Positions 18,424 through 28,188 of a DNA stretch of 43,101 nt are shown piece by piece (the first letter of the stretch is position 1; the number at the start of each line of letters is the position of its first letter). The stretch is taken from assembly GCA_964002605.1 (NCBI GenBank), contig CAXFGY010000001.1:1-43101 (forward strand), given 5' to 3'. The notes beneath the pieces are model-generated. The model worked only from the letters and a program-made list of their open reading frames with translations, ran no database searches and was not told the DNA's origin. The stretch comes from an uncultured Candidatus Marinamargulisbacteria bacterium. GTDB lineage: Bacteria; Margulisbacteria; Marinamargulisbacteria; GCA-2716485; CAXFGY01. Position numbers and translations under genes: made by a program.

Positions 18424-20520
18424 ATGGTAAAAGCACGCTTACTGCATTACATCCTTTTCATCATAATAGTACAACATACACTCCCATTAAATGCACTGAC
18501 AACCTTTAAAATTAATAAAAACACGATTGAACTTAACTCTCCAATTATTCAATACAATAATCATTACTATTTACCCATTAGAGATTCTCTCAAGACCTTC
18601 AAAAGCTCATTAACAAAAAGTCAAAAAACCAACACATTTACATTATCAATGCCCCACTACAACATTAATGCCACCATCAAACCACGTCGAAAAGACTTCA
18701 GTATAAATGGAAATCGCCACTACCTCCCCATTCCCATTTTATTTATTAATAGTCGACTTCATGTTCCAATTCCAGAGTTTTTTAATTATTTAGGTTTCAA
18801 AGTATTTATTAACCCACCTGTAATAACAGTAATACCAAAGAAATATACAGCTAAAAACGCCACAACAGCAACAAACCCTTCATTACTAACTAAATTAAAA
18901 TCACTTCCATTTATGGAAAAAGACCGGCCTTTATTTATATCATATGCTAAAACAAAAGTCCCCATAGATAAAGATTTTTTTTATAAAAATAATATTTTAT
19001 TTGCTAATATCTTACCGTTCTTTAAAGCATTAAACTACACCTTTGAAACTACAAAAACAGGTTTCTTGTTATCTAAAAAACATCATACTATTCAATTTTT
19101 TGTTAATAAAAATACTGCACTTTCACAATTTATTAACCATCAAAAAGAAATTTTTATAGCTGCAGCACCTATTAAAAAAAACAACACCTATTTTCTACCA
19201 TTAGAATCCACTATTAATGCATTTTTTTATGCATTAAACTGGAATGCAAAAACCCGCACTATTCAACTACTATCTATTATCAATGATATTGATTTTATTA
19301 GAGAAAACGATCGAGATATCTTACAAATTAACAGCACACATCCAATCTCATTTATGCCATTACAAACACATCCTTGGGCACCCGCATATACACTATCTAT
19401 TCCCAATAGTACATTAATGCTAAAAAAAACAAAAAAAACCTTAGACCATCCTATCTTAAAAAGATATAGTGCCAAGCAACTGTCTCCAACAAGCACAGAA
19501 ATTAAAATTACCGGAATTAACCAATATATCAAACCTTACATTAAACGCAATAACCTCGGCATTGAAATCAATTTTATCTCAAAACTAACACATCTCTCTC
19601 AAGTTTATTCTAACACATTTAAACTAACCGCCTTAGGACCAATCACCCCTACTATTAAATCACTTACGAAACAAAAAAAAGTTATTTTAGATGTGCCGTA
19701 TACACAAAATAACTTACCGAATAAAATAAAACTAACACACAATAATATTAGTCAAATAAGAACATCACAATTTAAAACCAAACCACAACAATCTCGAATT
19801 GTATTTGATCTTAAAAAATCAAACCTATCTGCATCAGTAAAGCAAACTAAAACAGGCGTAACCATTACCTTTAAAGAAAATAAAGTTATTAAAAAAACAA
19901 CTCACCCCAAACCAAAACCACAAGTTACTCAAAAAAAAACACAATCACTTAAAAAAAGTTACTATTCCAAATCAAGTTCCCTCAAAGGCAAAGTAATTGT
20001 AATTGATGCCGGCCATGGAGGGAAAGACCCAGGCGCTGTAAGCTTAAAACGTTATCAAGAAAAATTTTTCACTCTTGATATTGCCAATAGATTACAAAAA
20101 AAACTAGCAAGACAAGGTGCCGTTATCATTATGACACGCAAACGTGATCGTTATCGCTCATTACAATCACGCGCATATATTGCTAATAAAAATAAAGCCG
20201 ATATTTTTATTAGCATTCATGTCAATTCATTTCTAAAGTCTTCTGTTCATGGAACCGAAACATATTATTATAAATATAAAGATCGTAAACTTGCAGCGCA
20301 TTTACAAAAACAGCTCATCAAAGATTTAAAAAGTAAAAACCTTAAAACCAAACGTGCTCGCTTATATGTACTTCGTCATACAAAAATGCCAGCAGCATTA
20401 ATTGAACCGCTTTTTTTAACCAATCCCCGAGAACGTAAAAAAATAATTTATCCACAATACAGACAAAAAATTGCAAATTCTATCTATCAAGGGATTTCTA
20501 ATTATTTTAAATATAATTAA
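18424..20520 (+). CDS. N-acetylmuramoyl-L-alanine amidase (Amidase_3) with AMIN-like domains and N-terminal YLP-repeat stalk
   Basis: C-terminal catalytic block VIVIDAGHGGKDPGA...ADIFISIHVNS...GTETYYY...ALIEPLFLTN. Mid-region AMIN-like segments include SRIVFDLKK and GVTITF. The N-terminus carries repeated (H/T)Y(Y/F)LP(I/L) motifs. Confidence 0.83.
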   Translation: MVKARLLHYILFIIIVQHTLPLNALTTFKINKNTIELNSPIIQYNNHYYLPIRDSLKTFKSSLTKSQKTNTFTLSMPHYNINATIKPRRKDFSINGNRHYLPIPILFINSRLHVPIPEFFNYLGFKVFINPPVITVIPKKYTAKNATTATNPSLLTKLKSLPFMEKDRPLFISYAKTKVPIDKDFFYKNNILFANILPFFKALNYTFETTKTGFLLSKKHHTIQFFVNKNTALSQFINHQKEIFIAAAPIKKNNTYFLPLESTINAFFYALNWNAKTRTIQLLSIINDIDFIRENDRDILQINSTHPISFMPLQTHPWAPAYTLSIPNSTLMLKKTKKTLDHPILKRYSAKQLSPTSTEIKITGINQYIKPYIKRNNLGIEINFISKLTHLSQVYSNTFKLTALGPITPTIKSLTKQKKVILDVPYTQNNLPNKIKLTHNNISQIRTSQFKTKPQQSRIVFDLKKSNLSASVKQTKTGVTITFKENKVIKKTTHPKPKPQVTQKKTQSLKKSYYSKSSSLKGKVIVIDAGHGGKDPGAVSLKRYQEKFFTLDIANRLQKKLARQGAVIIMTRKRDRYRSLQSRAYIANKNKADIFISIHVNSFLKSSVHGTETYYYKYKDRKLAAHLQKQLIKDLKSKNLKTKRARLYVLRHTKMPAALIEPLFLTNPRERKKIIYPQYRQKIANSIYQGISNYFKYN

Positions 20521-21852
20521 TTATGGCGTGTTTTTAATATTTGCAATCAAAACAGTAATAATATTTTTAGTTTCAGAATCAGATTGTAATAACTGCTTAA
20601 TTTTATCACAAGCATGCATCACTGTAGTATGATCTCGATTACCAAAATGCTCTCCAATTTTAGGTAAAGAGTTATTAGTCAACTCTCTTGCAATATACAT
20701 CGCAATTTGACGTGCGAAAGCAACTTCTTTAGTTCTCATTTTAGAACATAAATCACTTGTTGAAATACTAAAATAATCACTAACATTATTTTGAATATAT
20801 GCAATCGTTAAAGGCTTTTCCTGTTTAATACCCACCATATCTTTAATAACGTTACTAGCGATAGATAAAGTAACCTCTGTATCTAATAATGATGCATAAG
20901 CAACAATTCGAGTTAAAGCACCTTCCATTTCGCGAACATTAGTTGGAATTTGTGAAGCAATAAAATGCAAAATTTCGTCTGAAATATGATACTGATTCAA
21001 TTCCATTTTTTTTCTTAAAATAGCAATTCTAGTCTCAAGTTCAGGCGCCTGAATATCAGCAATTAACCCCCACTCAAAACGTGTTCTTAACCGATCTCCT
21101 AATGTCGGAATTTCTTTAGGCGGTCGATCAGAAGTTAAAATAATTTGCTTTTCTCGATTATATAAATCATTAAATGTATGAAAAAACTCTTCTTGTGTTT
21201 GTTCTTTTTTAGCTAAAAACTGAATATCATCCACAATTAACACATCAACACTCCGATATTTTTCACGAAAAGGCTCTACTGACTTATCTTTAATCGCATT
21301 AATTAAATCATTAGTAAATTTTTCACATGATACTAAATGAGATTTAAGATGAGGAAACGTATCATGAATTTTTAACCCAATCCCATGAAGTAAATGCGTT
21401 TTTCCAAGACCAACTGAACCATAAATAAATAACGGATTATATGCTTTTGCAGGTGCCTTAGAAACGGCTTCTGATGATGCATACGCAAAACGATTATTAT
21501 GACCCACAATAAAATTATCAAATTGATATTTAGCATTAAACATCGACTCTTTTAATAAACTGGCTTTGCTTTCAACTGGAGAAAAAATGCTCAATTGTTG
21601 ATTTTCAGCTTTTTCTTCTAATTGAACAACCTCATAATTCATCGCAATAGCCTTAAAATTTGGAATATATTGATGTAATAATTGTTCACAATTATCCTTA
21701 ATCCATTCTTTGGAAAACTCATTTTGTACTTCTATAGTTAACACATTATTTTCTAACCGAACCGGAGATGCAGACGATAAAAAAGTTTGAAAACCTGGCC
21801 CAGATAATTGCTCTTTTAAACATGTTATAATTTCATCCCAAATTTTATTCAA
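20521..21852 (-). CDS. dnaA: Chromosomal replication initiator protein DnaA
   Basis: AAA+ Walker A GSVGLGKTHLLHGIG, Walker B VLIVDDIQFL, box VII/sensor region, and the domain IV HTH ...FGNRDHTTVMHACDKI. Confidence 0.96.
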   Translation of the reverse strand: MNKIWDEIITCLKEQLSGPGFQTFLSSASPVRLENNVLTIEVQNEFSKEWIKDNCEQLLHQYIPNFKAIAMNYEVVQLEEKAENQQLSIFSPVESKASLLKESMFNAKYQFDNFIVGHNNRFAYASSEAVSKAPAKAYNPLFIYGSVGLGKTHLLHGIGLKIHDTFPHLKSHLVSCEKFTNDLINAIKDKSVEPFREKYRSVDVLIVDDIQFLAKKEQTQEEFFHTFNDLYNREKQIILTSDRPPKEIPTLGDRLRTRFEWGLIADIQAPELETRIAILRKKMELNQYHISDEILHFIASQIPTNVREMEGALTRIVAYASLLDTEVTLSIASNVIKDMVGIKQEKPLTIAYIQNNVSDYFSISTSDLCSKMRTKEVAFARQIAMYIARELTNNSLPKIGEHFGNRDHTTVMHACDKIKQLLQSDSETKNIITVLIANIKNTP

Positions 21853-21905
21853 TTTAACCTCATTATTTTATATTATTTACAATTAAACCCCATTATATTC
21901 ACAAG

Positions 21906-22048
21906 TTATCCACATTTTGCTTCTTATTACATTAAAATCAATTTTTTTGATATTTAACACCTTTATTGAACTTACTTTATTTGCTTTTTATGACCATATC
22001 CTGCGTAACTACTAAGTTATTCAATATTTATCCACAAACTTATCCACA
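21906..22048. promoter_or_regulatory. Three perfect DnaA boxes (TTATCCACA) upstream of dnaA
   Basis: Exact 9-mers at 21906..21914, 22028..22036 and 22040..22048, plus a 1-mismatch reverse box TGTGCATAA near 22063. All lie in the dnaA-ruvA spacer. Confidence 0.8.
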
Positions 22049-22202
22049 ATTTTAATTTGTTTGTGCATAACTGCAACTTCAACTAATTTCAGGGTAGCAT
22101 TTTGTTAACTTGGAATCAAATGAATTTATTTAAATGTATTATAGTTATTCTCTCTCTGATGAGTTATTTAGGACAGTCCCATATTACATATTATTTTCTG
22201 TT

Positions 22203-22805
22203 TTATAACTGTTTAAGTAGTTGTTTGAGGTTTTCTTCAAGTGAGACGTCACTGGTAATTAACTCCCCTGCTTTAACGATACCCTCTTTAATTTCATTGT
22301 GAGAATACCCCAATGACTTACATGCCAACATTAAATCATTATTCAGGGCATTTGGAACCGATGCTATATTATTTTCAACACTAATACCTGTCATTCCATA
22401 TAATTGAGATAATTTATCTTTAAGTTCAATAACCATCCGCTCAGCCATTTTTTTGCCTACCCCAGAAATTTGAGTCAGTTGCGCTAAATTCCCTTGTATA
22501 ATAGCCTGAGTCAACGCATTTACTGATAATGAAGATAAAATTTTAATGCCTAACTTGGGCCCAACCCCTGATACCGTCGTTAATGTCATAAAAAACTGAC
22601 GTTCTTCTTCTGAAATAAAGCCAAATAGTAGTTGCTGATCTTCACGAATATAATGATAAGTAAACAGATGAATTGAAGCACCAATGTCTGGTAATTCTGA
22701 TAAAATCGAATCTGGGCAACAGACACTATACCCTATTCCATTAACATCAATAATAACAACGTCTTCTTTAACTAAAGCTAAATTACCTTTAATGTAATAA
22801 ATCAT
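22203..22805 (-). CDS. ruvA: Holliday junction branch migration complex subunit RuvA
   Basis: N-terminus MIYYIKG...VIIDVNGIGY, the helix-hairpin-helix region VSGVGPK/ISGVGKKMAERM, and a C-terminal domain III. Confidence 0.92.
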   Translation of the reverse strand: MIYYIKGNLALVKEDVVIIDVNGIGYSVCCPDSILSELPDIGASIHLFTYHYIREDQQLLFGFISEEERQFFMTLTTVSGVGPKLGIKILSSLSVNALTQAIIQGNLAQLTQISGVGKKMAERMVIELKDKLSQLYGMTGISVENNIASVPNALNNDLMLACKSLGYSHNEIKEGIVKAGELITSDVSLEENLKQLLKQL

Positions 22806-22926
22806 ATTTATTAAGTGTACAAGAAATTAAATGTATAAGAAACTTATATTTTAAATAAGTTACAAATATAATAAATCATTTTTTACAAAGATAACTTTGT
22901 TTATTAATATTGCTGATTATTAAAAC

Positions 22927-23589
22927 TTAAAAAACAATACCAAATTGGCAATATGCATTAAGAAGCAATCTGTCAGTAAGATCAAAACTACCTTTATAAT
23001 TTTCACCTAAAGATTTATCAGCTCCCATAATATTATTCAATTTAAACAAATATCCATACTGTAAACCCAAACGAAAACTAATTAACTCTGCAAGCAAAGC
23101 CGAATACCCCAAGGATAAAGCAAGATTTCCAAGGTTCACACTAGATTTTGTATACTCTATGTCTTTTGGAAAACCTAAGAAACCAGTTGTTTCCCAGTTT
23201 TTTTCTGTAATTTTTACCCTCATATAGTCAAAACCTGGACCAAAATAAAACCCTTTAAAGACTTTTGCAAAATACAAAAAATATGACACTCCAAATGAAT
23301 TTATATCACACTCGACACGACTAGGCTGAAGAGAAAACAAATTTGCATCAGTCAAAAAAACACCTTCTGCTTTTATTTCCAACCCCGCGCCATTAAGATT
23401 TTTTTCATATGATAAAGAAAAGCCACCTCCACCTAATTCTAAAGCATCAAGCTCATTATTGTGATCCCCAAGTTTTGATGAAAGAGCGCCAAGACCAAGA
23501 CCAAAGTCAACTAAACCGGTTTTTGCATAACTTAAACACAATAAGCAAAAAAAGATAATTACAGTGACCATAAGTTTTATTTGAATCAA
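22927..23589 (-). CDS. Small outer-membrane beta-barrel protein (220 aa)
   Basis: Signal peptide ending ...LSYA|KT, Gly/aromatic-rich alternating strands, and a C-terminal ...YCQFGIVF. Confidence 0.6.
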   Translation of the reverse strand: MIQIKLMVTVIIFFCLLCLSYAKTGLVDFGLGLGALSSKLGDHNNELDALELGGGGFSLSYEKNLNGAGLEIKAEGVFLTDANLFSLQPSRVECDINSFGVSYFLYFAKVFKGFYFGPGFDYMRVKITEKNWETTGFLGFPKDIEYTKSSVNLGNLALSLGYSALLAELISFRLGLQYGYLFKLNNIMGADKSLGENYKGSFDLTDRLLLNAYCQFGIVF

Positions 23590-23748
23590 ATTATACTCCT
23601 AAAATTATTAAAATTTTAATACACATTTTATCATATGAATTATGTATTTAATAAAAAAAGGTTATGATATGATATAGTCAAGCTTTAATATAAATAAATT
23701 ATTACTTCAAATTAATAAATACTAAAAAACTAAAATAGGAGAAAATTA

Positions 23749-25212
23749 ATGAATAAAAAACAAACTATAATACTACTATTGCTTTCACTTACAGGCTTTT
23801 TCAATGCAATTTATCTAACTATACTAAAGCACTTTTCTTTGCCTGGTTGTACAGGTGCAGGATGTGATGCAGTACTATCTAGTGACTACTCGACTTGGTT
23901 TAACATTCCTATCTCTGTTTTTGGCATTATTGCTTTTTTGACATTATCAATACGCCTATACTGCAGCTACAAATCAACTGATACAAGATCTGTATTACCT
24001 ACTACGTTTATTATTGCACTAATCGGAACAATCGTTCATCTACATTTAACTTTAGTTCAAGCATTTAAATTACAGCAATGGTGTATATTCTGTACGCTAT
24101 CTGCCCTTCTTATGACAACGATTATGATACTTTCTGTTATTTTTAATGATAGCAAAAACACACTCTTAATTTATACCTCTTATAACGATGTCTCCCTTTT
24201 TAAAATACTCCCCAGTGTAACAATTACAATATTTTGTGTTTATTTTGCTAGTATTTTCTATAGCGTTCTCCCATCTCAATCAAGTTCACCTGCAAACCCG
24301 TCCGTTATTGCAACATTTGACAATCAAAAAATCAAACTAACTGAACTAGATGAACAACTCGGCGTAAAAATCACCCGCTTAAAACGTAATGTTTATAATG
24401 AACGACTTAGAAAGTTACAAGAACTTCTTCTTGCGCATGATGCGAAAAAACAAGGGATATCAGTAACCCAATTAAAAAAACTTATAATCAAAAAAGAGAC
24501 CCTTGTATCTTCTCAAGAAGTTCAACAATTTTATACAGATCATAAAGAAAACATGGGTGGGAAATCATTTGACGAAATGAAAAACCGAATTAAACAATAT
24601 TTAACAAATGAAAAGGAAACAATTACGATAGAAAAATATATACAAGGTTTAAAAACAAAATATCAATTTTATGAATCTATGCCACGCCCTTTTCAATTTA
24701 AAATACGTAATAACCCTGATCAGATTGTGGCAATTGGACCTAAAAATGCCAAACTTAAAATTACTGCATTTAGTGATTTTACATGTCCACACTGTAAAAA
24801 AACCCATCATAAGCTAGATACACTATATCAAAAATATCCCAATGACATTCAACTTATTTTTCGCCAATATCCATTATCTAATGAATCTCGTCCAAAAGCC
24901 TTAGCTGCATTATGTGCAGATCAACAAAACCAATACCTTGCATACTCTAATAAACTTTATGCGATGTTTAAACCCCTTAATCAAACACAGTTAACCGAGT
25001 ATGCCCGTCAACTTAACCTTAACATTCCCGCATTTCAATTATGTTTAAATGCCTCTCGAACAAAACAAATACTCAATCAAGAAATTACAGAAGCGAAACG
25101 ATTATCCGTTTTATCAACCCCAACATTGTTTTTTAATGGGGAATATATTAATTATTTTCCAAATGATTATGAGCTAAACCAAATACTAAAAACTGCAAAA
25201 ATTATAAACTAA
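23749..25212 (+). CDS. VKOR-domain / DsbA-like thioredoxin fusion oxidoreductase
   Basis: N-terminal four-TM VKOR-like domain with Cys pairs (LPGCTGAGCDAV and WCIFC). A charged linker follows, then a C-terminal thioredoxin fold with FSDFTCPHCKK. Confidence 0.75.
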   Translation: MNKKQTIILLLLSLTGFFNAIYLTILKHFSLPGCTGAGCDAVLSSDYSTWFNIPISVFGIIAFLTLSIRLYCSYKSTDTRSVLPTTFIIALIGTIVHLHLTLVQAFKLQQWCIFCTLSALLMTTIMILSVIFNDSKNTLLIYTSYNDVSLFKILPSVTITIFCVYFASIFYSVLPSQSSSPANPSVIATFDNQKIKLTELDEQLGVKITRLKRNVYNERLRKLQELLLAHDAKKQGISVTQLKKLIIKKETLVSSQEVQQFYTDHKENMGGKSFDEMKNRIKQYLTNEKETITIEKYIQGLKTKYQFYESMPRPFQFKIRNNPDQIVAIGPKNAKLKITAFSDFTCPHCKKTHHKLDTLYQKYPNDIQLIFRQYPLSNESRPKALAALCADQQNQYLAYSNKLYAMFKPLNQTQLTEYARQLNLNIPAFQLCLNASRTKQILNQEITEAKRLSVLSTPTLFFNGEYINYFPNDYELNQILKTAKIIN

Positions 25213-25287
25213 TTTACTTCTAAACCAGATTGCAAAACTTAATGTAACTTGGACTCTTGCCTATCTCATGTTATAACTGTGCCTAAT

Positions 25288-27141
25288 ATGAATACTAAAA
25301 CAGATGTTATTGTAGTCGGTGCTGGGCATGCTGGCATAGAGGCGGCTCTTGCTGCAGCACGACTTGGATGTTCTGTCATTGTACTGACCAAAACACGCGA
25401 TACTATCGGCTTAATGCCCTGTAACCCATCAATTGGAGGTCCTGCAAAAGGTCAAATTGTTGGTGAAATTGATGCCTTAGGTGGTGAAATGGGTCGTTGT
25501 GCCGATGAAACACATATTCAACTTAAAGTACTTAACCGATCTAGAGGACCTGCGGTTCATTGTTTACGTTCTCAAAATGACAAAATAGACTATGCAGCAT
25601 ATATGAATAATATACTACATTCTCATCCTAATATCACGATCTTTGAAATAGAAGTATATGGACTACTCATTGAAAATAACACAATACATGGTATTGTGAC
25701 CGCAACCGGTACGGAGTATTATGCCCCTGCGGTTATTTTAACAACAGGGACCTTTTTAAACGGCTTAATGCATACAGGAATGACGCACCAATCCGGTGGG
25801 CGAGTAAATGAGTTTTCTGCCGAAAAACTTTCCCAAAGCTTACTGCGTTACTTTAAACTAGGGCGCTTAAAAACAGGAACCCCACCCCGTCTCCATCGCG
25901 AATCGATTGATTATGATCAACTTAAAGTTCAACCTGGAGATCCTGAATGCTTACGATTTTCATTTCGAACCCCTTACAACAATCGCTACTTAGATCAAGT
26001 TAACTGCCACCTTACTTATACAACGCCAGACTCACATCAAATTATTTTAAAAAATCTAGATAAATCACCACTTTACACAAATGTCATCCAAGGGTCTGGT
26101 CCACGTTATTGCCCATCTATTGAAGATAAAGTCGTTCGATTTAAAGATAAAGACCAACACCATATTTTTATCGAACCAGAAGGCCGGAATAACATTGAAG
26201 TGTATCCCCAAGGCCTCAACACGTCTTTACCCGCACATGTTCAAGATCAATTTTTAAAAACAATGCCTGGTCTCCGTGATGTAAAAATCATTCGTCCAGG
26301 TTATGCCGTTGAATATGATTTTGTCTTTCCTAACCAACTCCACCCAACACTAGAAACGCGTGCACTATCAGGGTTATTTTTAGCAGGTCAAATTAATGGA
26401 ACTTCAGGGTATGAAGAAGCCGCTGGACAAGGTCTTATCGCCGGTATTAATGCGGGTCTTGCTGTTCAAAACCGTCCATCATTTATTCTAACCCGTGAAA
26501 ACTCTTTTATAGGAACCATGATCGATGACCTAATTCATAAAAATATTTATGAACCGTACAGGATGCTAACTTCTCGTTCTGAATATCGGCTTTTACTACG
26601 ACAAGATAACGCTCCTTCTCGCTTAGGTCCTGCCGCATTTGATTTAGGTCTTATTACTGCAAAAGAATTTAAACATATCCAGGCGGAAACAACCGCCATT
26701 AAAGCGCTTCATCAACAATGGAAAAAACAATCTTGTTCAGCGGAACTACAACAATCACTCGGGTTAAATCAAAAATGCCCCCTTAGCCATGTTATTAAAC
26801 GACCTGATGTCAATATCGATACTATTATGACAGAAATGAATAGTCCTACCTCACAGTTAGACACCATCAAAAAAGCACTCGTTATCAGTAAATATGAAGG
26901 ATACATTCAAAAGCAAGAAGAGGATATACAAAAAATTAAATCATTAGAACAAAAAAAATTACCGATCAATATTAACTTTGATCTTATTCCAGGGCTTAAG
27001 CAAGAAAGTCGAGAAAAATTTAAACACTACTTACCTAAAACAATTTATGAGGCAAAACAAATTGCAGGCATTAATCCAGCAGATATTTTTGTACTCGTTA
27101 CATTTATCGAAAAATATGGTGTTACCACCTGTAATGGATAA
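25288..27141 (+). CDS. mnmG: tRNA uridine 5-carboxymethylaminomethyl modification enzyme MnmG (GidA)
   Basis: FAD-binding VIVVGAGHAGIEAALAAARLG, GPRYCPSIEDK and AGQINGTSGYEEAAGQG. I prefer the ATG at 25288 over the TTG at 25249 given in the track. Confidence 0.95.
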   Translation: MNTKTDVIVVGAGHAGIEAALAAARLGCSVIVLTKTRDTIGLMPCNPSIGGPAKGQIVGEIDALGGEMGRCADETHIQLKVLNRSRGPAVHCLRSQNDKIDYAAYMNNILHSHPNITIFEIEVYGLLIENNTIHGIVTATGTEYYAPAVILTTGTFLNGLMHTGMTHQSGGRVNEFSAEKLSQSLLRYFKLGRLKTGTPPRLHRESIDYDQLKVQPGDPECLRFSFRTPYNNRYLDQVNCHLTYTTPDSHQIILKNLDKSPLYTNVIQGSGPRYCPSIEDKVVRFKDKDQHHIFIEPEGRNNIEVYPQGLNTSLPAHVQDQFLKTMPGLRDVKIIRPGYAVEYDFVFPNQLHPTLETRALSGLFLAGQINGTSGYEEAAGQGLIAGINAGLAVQNRPSFILTRENSFIGTMIDDLIHKNIYEPYRMLTSRSEYRLLLRQDNAPSRLGPAAFDLGLITAKEFKHIQAETTAIKALHQQWKKQSCSAELQQSLGLNQKCPLSHVIKRPDVNIDTIMTEMNSPTSQLDTIKKALVISKYEGYIQKQEEDIQKIKSLEQKKLPININFDLIPGLKQESREKFKHYLPKTIYEAKQIAGINPADIFVLVTFIEKYGVTTCNG

Positions 27142-27709
27142 GCCCCCCAAAAAAATAAATACATATCAGCCCGCTATTTCTCGCTATATAGAGTCACTTA
27201 AACGCTATAATCAACATACCAATATTTACTCTTCCAAAGCCTATGATCATTTACCCTTTCATATTGAAAACTGCCAAGAATTAGCCACTATTATTGGTAA
27301 TAATAAACATACAATTATGGATATGGGGTCTGGCTCAGGTTTACCTGCTATTATTTTAGCAATTTGTTTACCTAATTCATCTGTATTTGCAATTGAATCA
27401 AAAAGTCGAAAAACCCGATTTTTAAGCCAAATAAAAGCCGATTTAAACTTAATTAACTTAACAGTTATTAATGATGATATTAATTTAATAATTCGTACAA
27501 AAACAGTAACGCCATCAATTATTACAGCAAAAGCCTTTGCACCTTATGACAAAGTCATTCAATTAAGTCAAAAAATAGCAAAACTAGATACATCTCTATA
27601 TATTCCAATAAGTAGAAATCAATACCAAAGTTTATCCCAACAAGCCAATACAAAATATTCGTTTATAAACCCAAAAACAGATCATTATTTCTTACATTAT
27701 CAATTTTAA
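27134..27709 (+). CDS. rsmG: 16S rRNA (guanine527-N7)-methyltransferase RsmG (GidB)
   Basis: SAM motif IMDMGSGSGLPAIILAI. I prefer the ATG at 27134 (ATGGATAA overlapping the mnmG stop) over the track start at 26978, which would overlap mnmG by 164 nt. Confidence 0.82.
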   Translation: MDKPPKKINTYQPAISRYIESLKRYNQHTNIYSSKAYDHLPFHIENCQELATIIGNNKHTIMDMGSGSGLPAIILAICLPNSSVFAIESKSRKTRFLSQIKADLNLINLTVINDDINLIIRTKTVTPSIITAKAFAPYDKVIQLSQKIAKLDTSLYIPISRNQYQSLSQQANTKYSFINPKTDHYFLHYQF

Positions 27710-27863
27710 AATCATCCATATCACCCATTTCAACAATCATATACCCCCTGTTAAATATAGCTTAATAATAATTGATCTTAAGCGATTGCAAGACTAACAC
27801 TTTTATTATAGCGCTTATTTATAATTATAAAACCCAACTAATCAAGTCAGTTTTTCACGGCAA

Positions 27864-28188
27864 TTACCTTAAGGTAAAGGGATAATCAAAGATATTTGTG
27901 AATAACAAGTTATCCAGATAAAAATGTGAATAAATTGTTAAATCACGTGTATAAAAAAGGATAACCTTAAAGTTATTATTTTATATCCACAGATTATTAA
28001 AACTATTTTTACACTATTTACGGAAAAAGTAGGTACTTTTGCACATATCCACACACTCTATTACTATTAACTATATTATTTAATTATTTATATAAACTTA
28101 TCTTAATAGAAATTCTTATTCTTATTTTAAACTACTATAAAAAAAATAAAGATTAGTTTATTATATATTAAGAGGGTATCAAAATATA
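27864..28188. other. Candidate oriC: DnaA-box cluster plus AT-rich unwinding region upstream of dnaN
   Basis: There are five 1-mismatch DnaA boxes: TGTGAATAA at 27897 and 27925, TTATCCAGA at 27910, and ATATCCACA at 27983 and 28045. A perfect 14-bp palindrome TTACCTTAAGGTAA lies at 27864..27877. About 130 bp of nearly pure A/T lies at 28060..28188. Confidence 0.6.

Noticed and set aside
22102-22302. 66-aa ORF on the plus strand in the dnaA-ruvA spacer.
   Set aside because: Half of it overlaps the 3' end of ruvA on the opposite strand. The product is low-complexity and hydrophobic, no RBS is evident, and the region is better explained as the DnaA-box/promoter spacer.
26978-27133. A 164-nt overlap between mnmG and the annotated start of rsmG, and similarly an 80-nt murD/ftsW overlap at 3157..3236.
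   Set aside because: Internal starts at 27134 and 3188 give normal-length proteins that begin where family conservation begins, with short coupling-type overlaps. The long overlaps are artefacts of longest-ORF calling.
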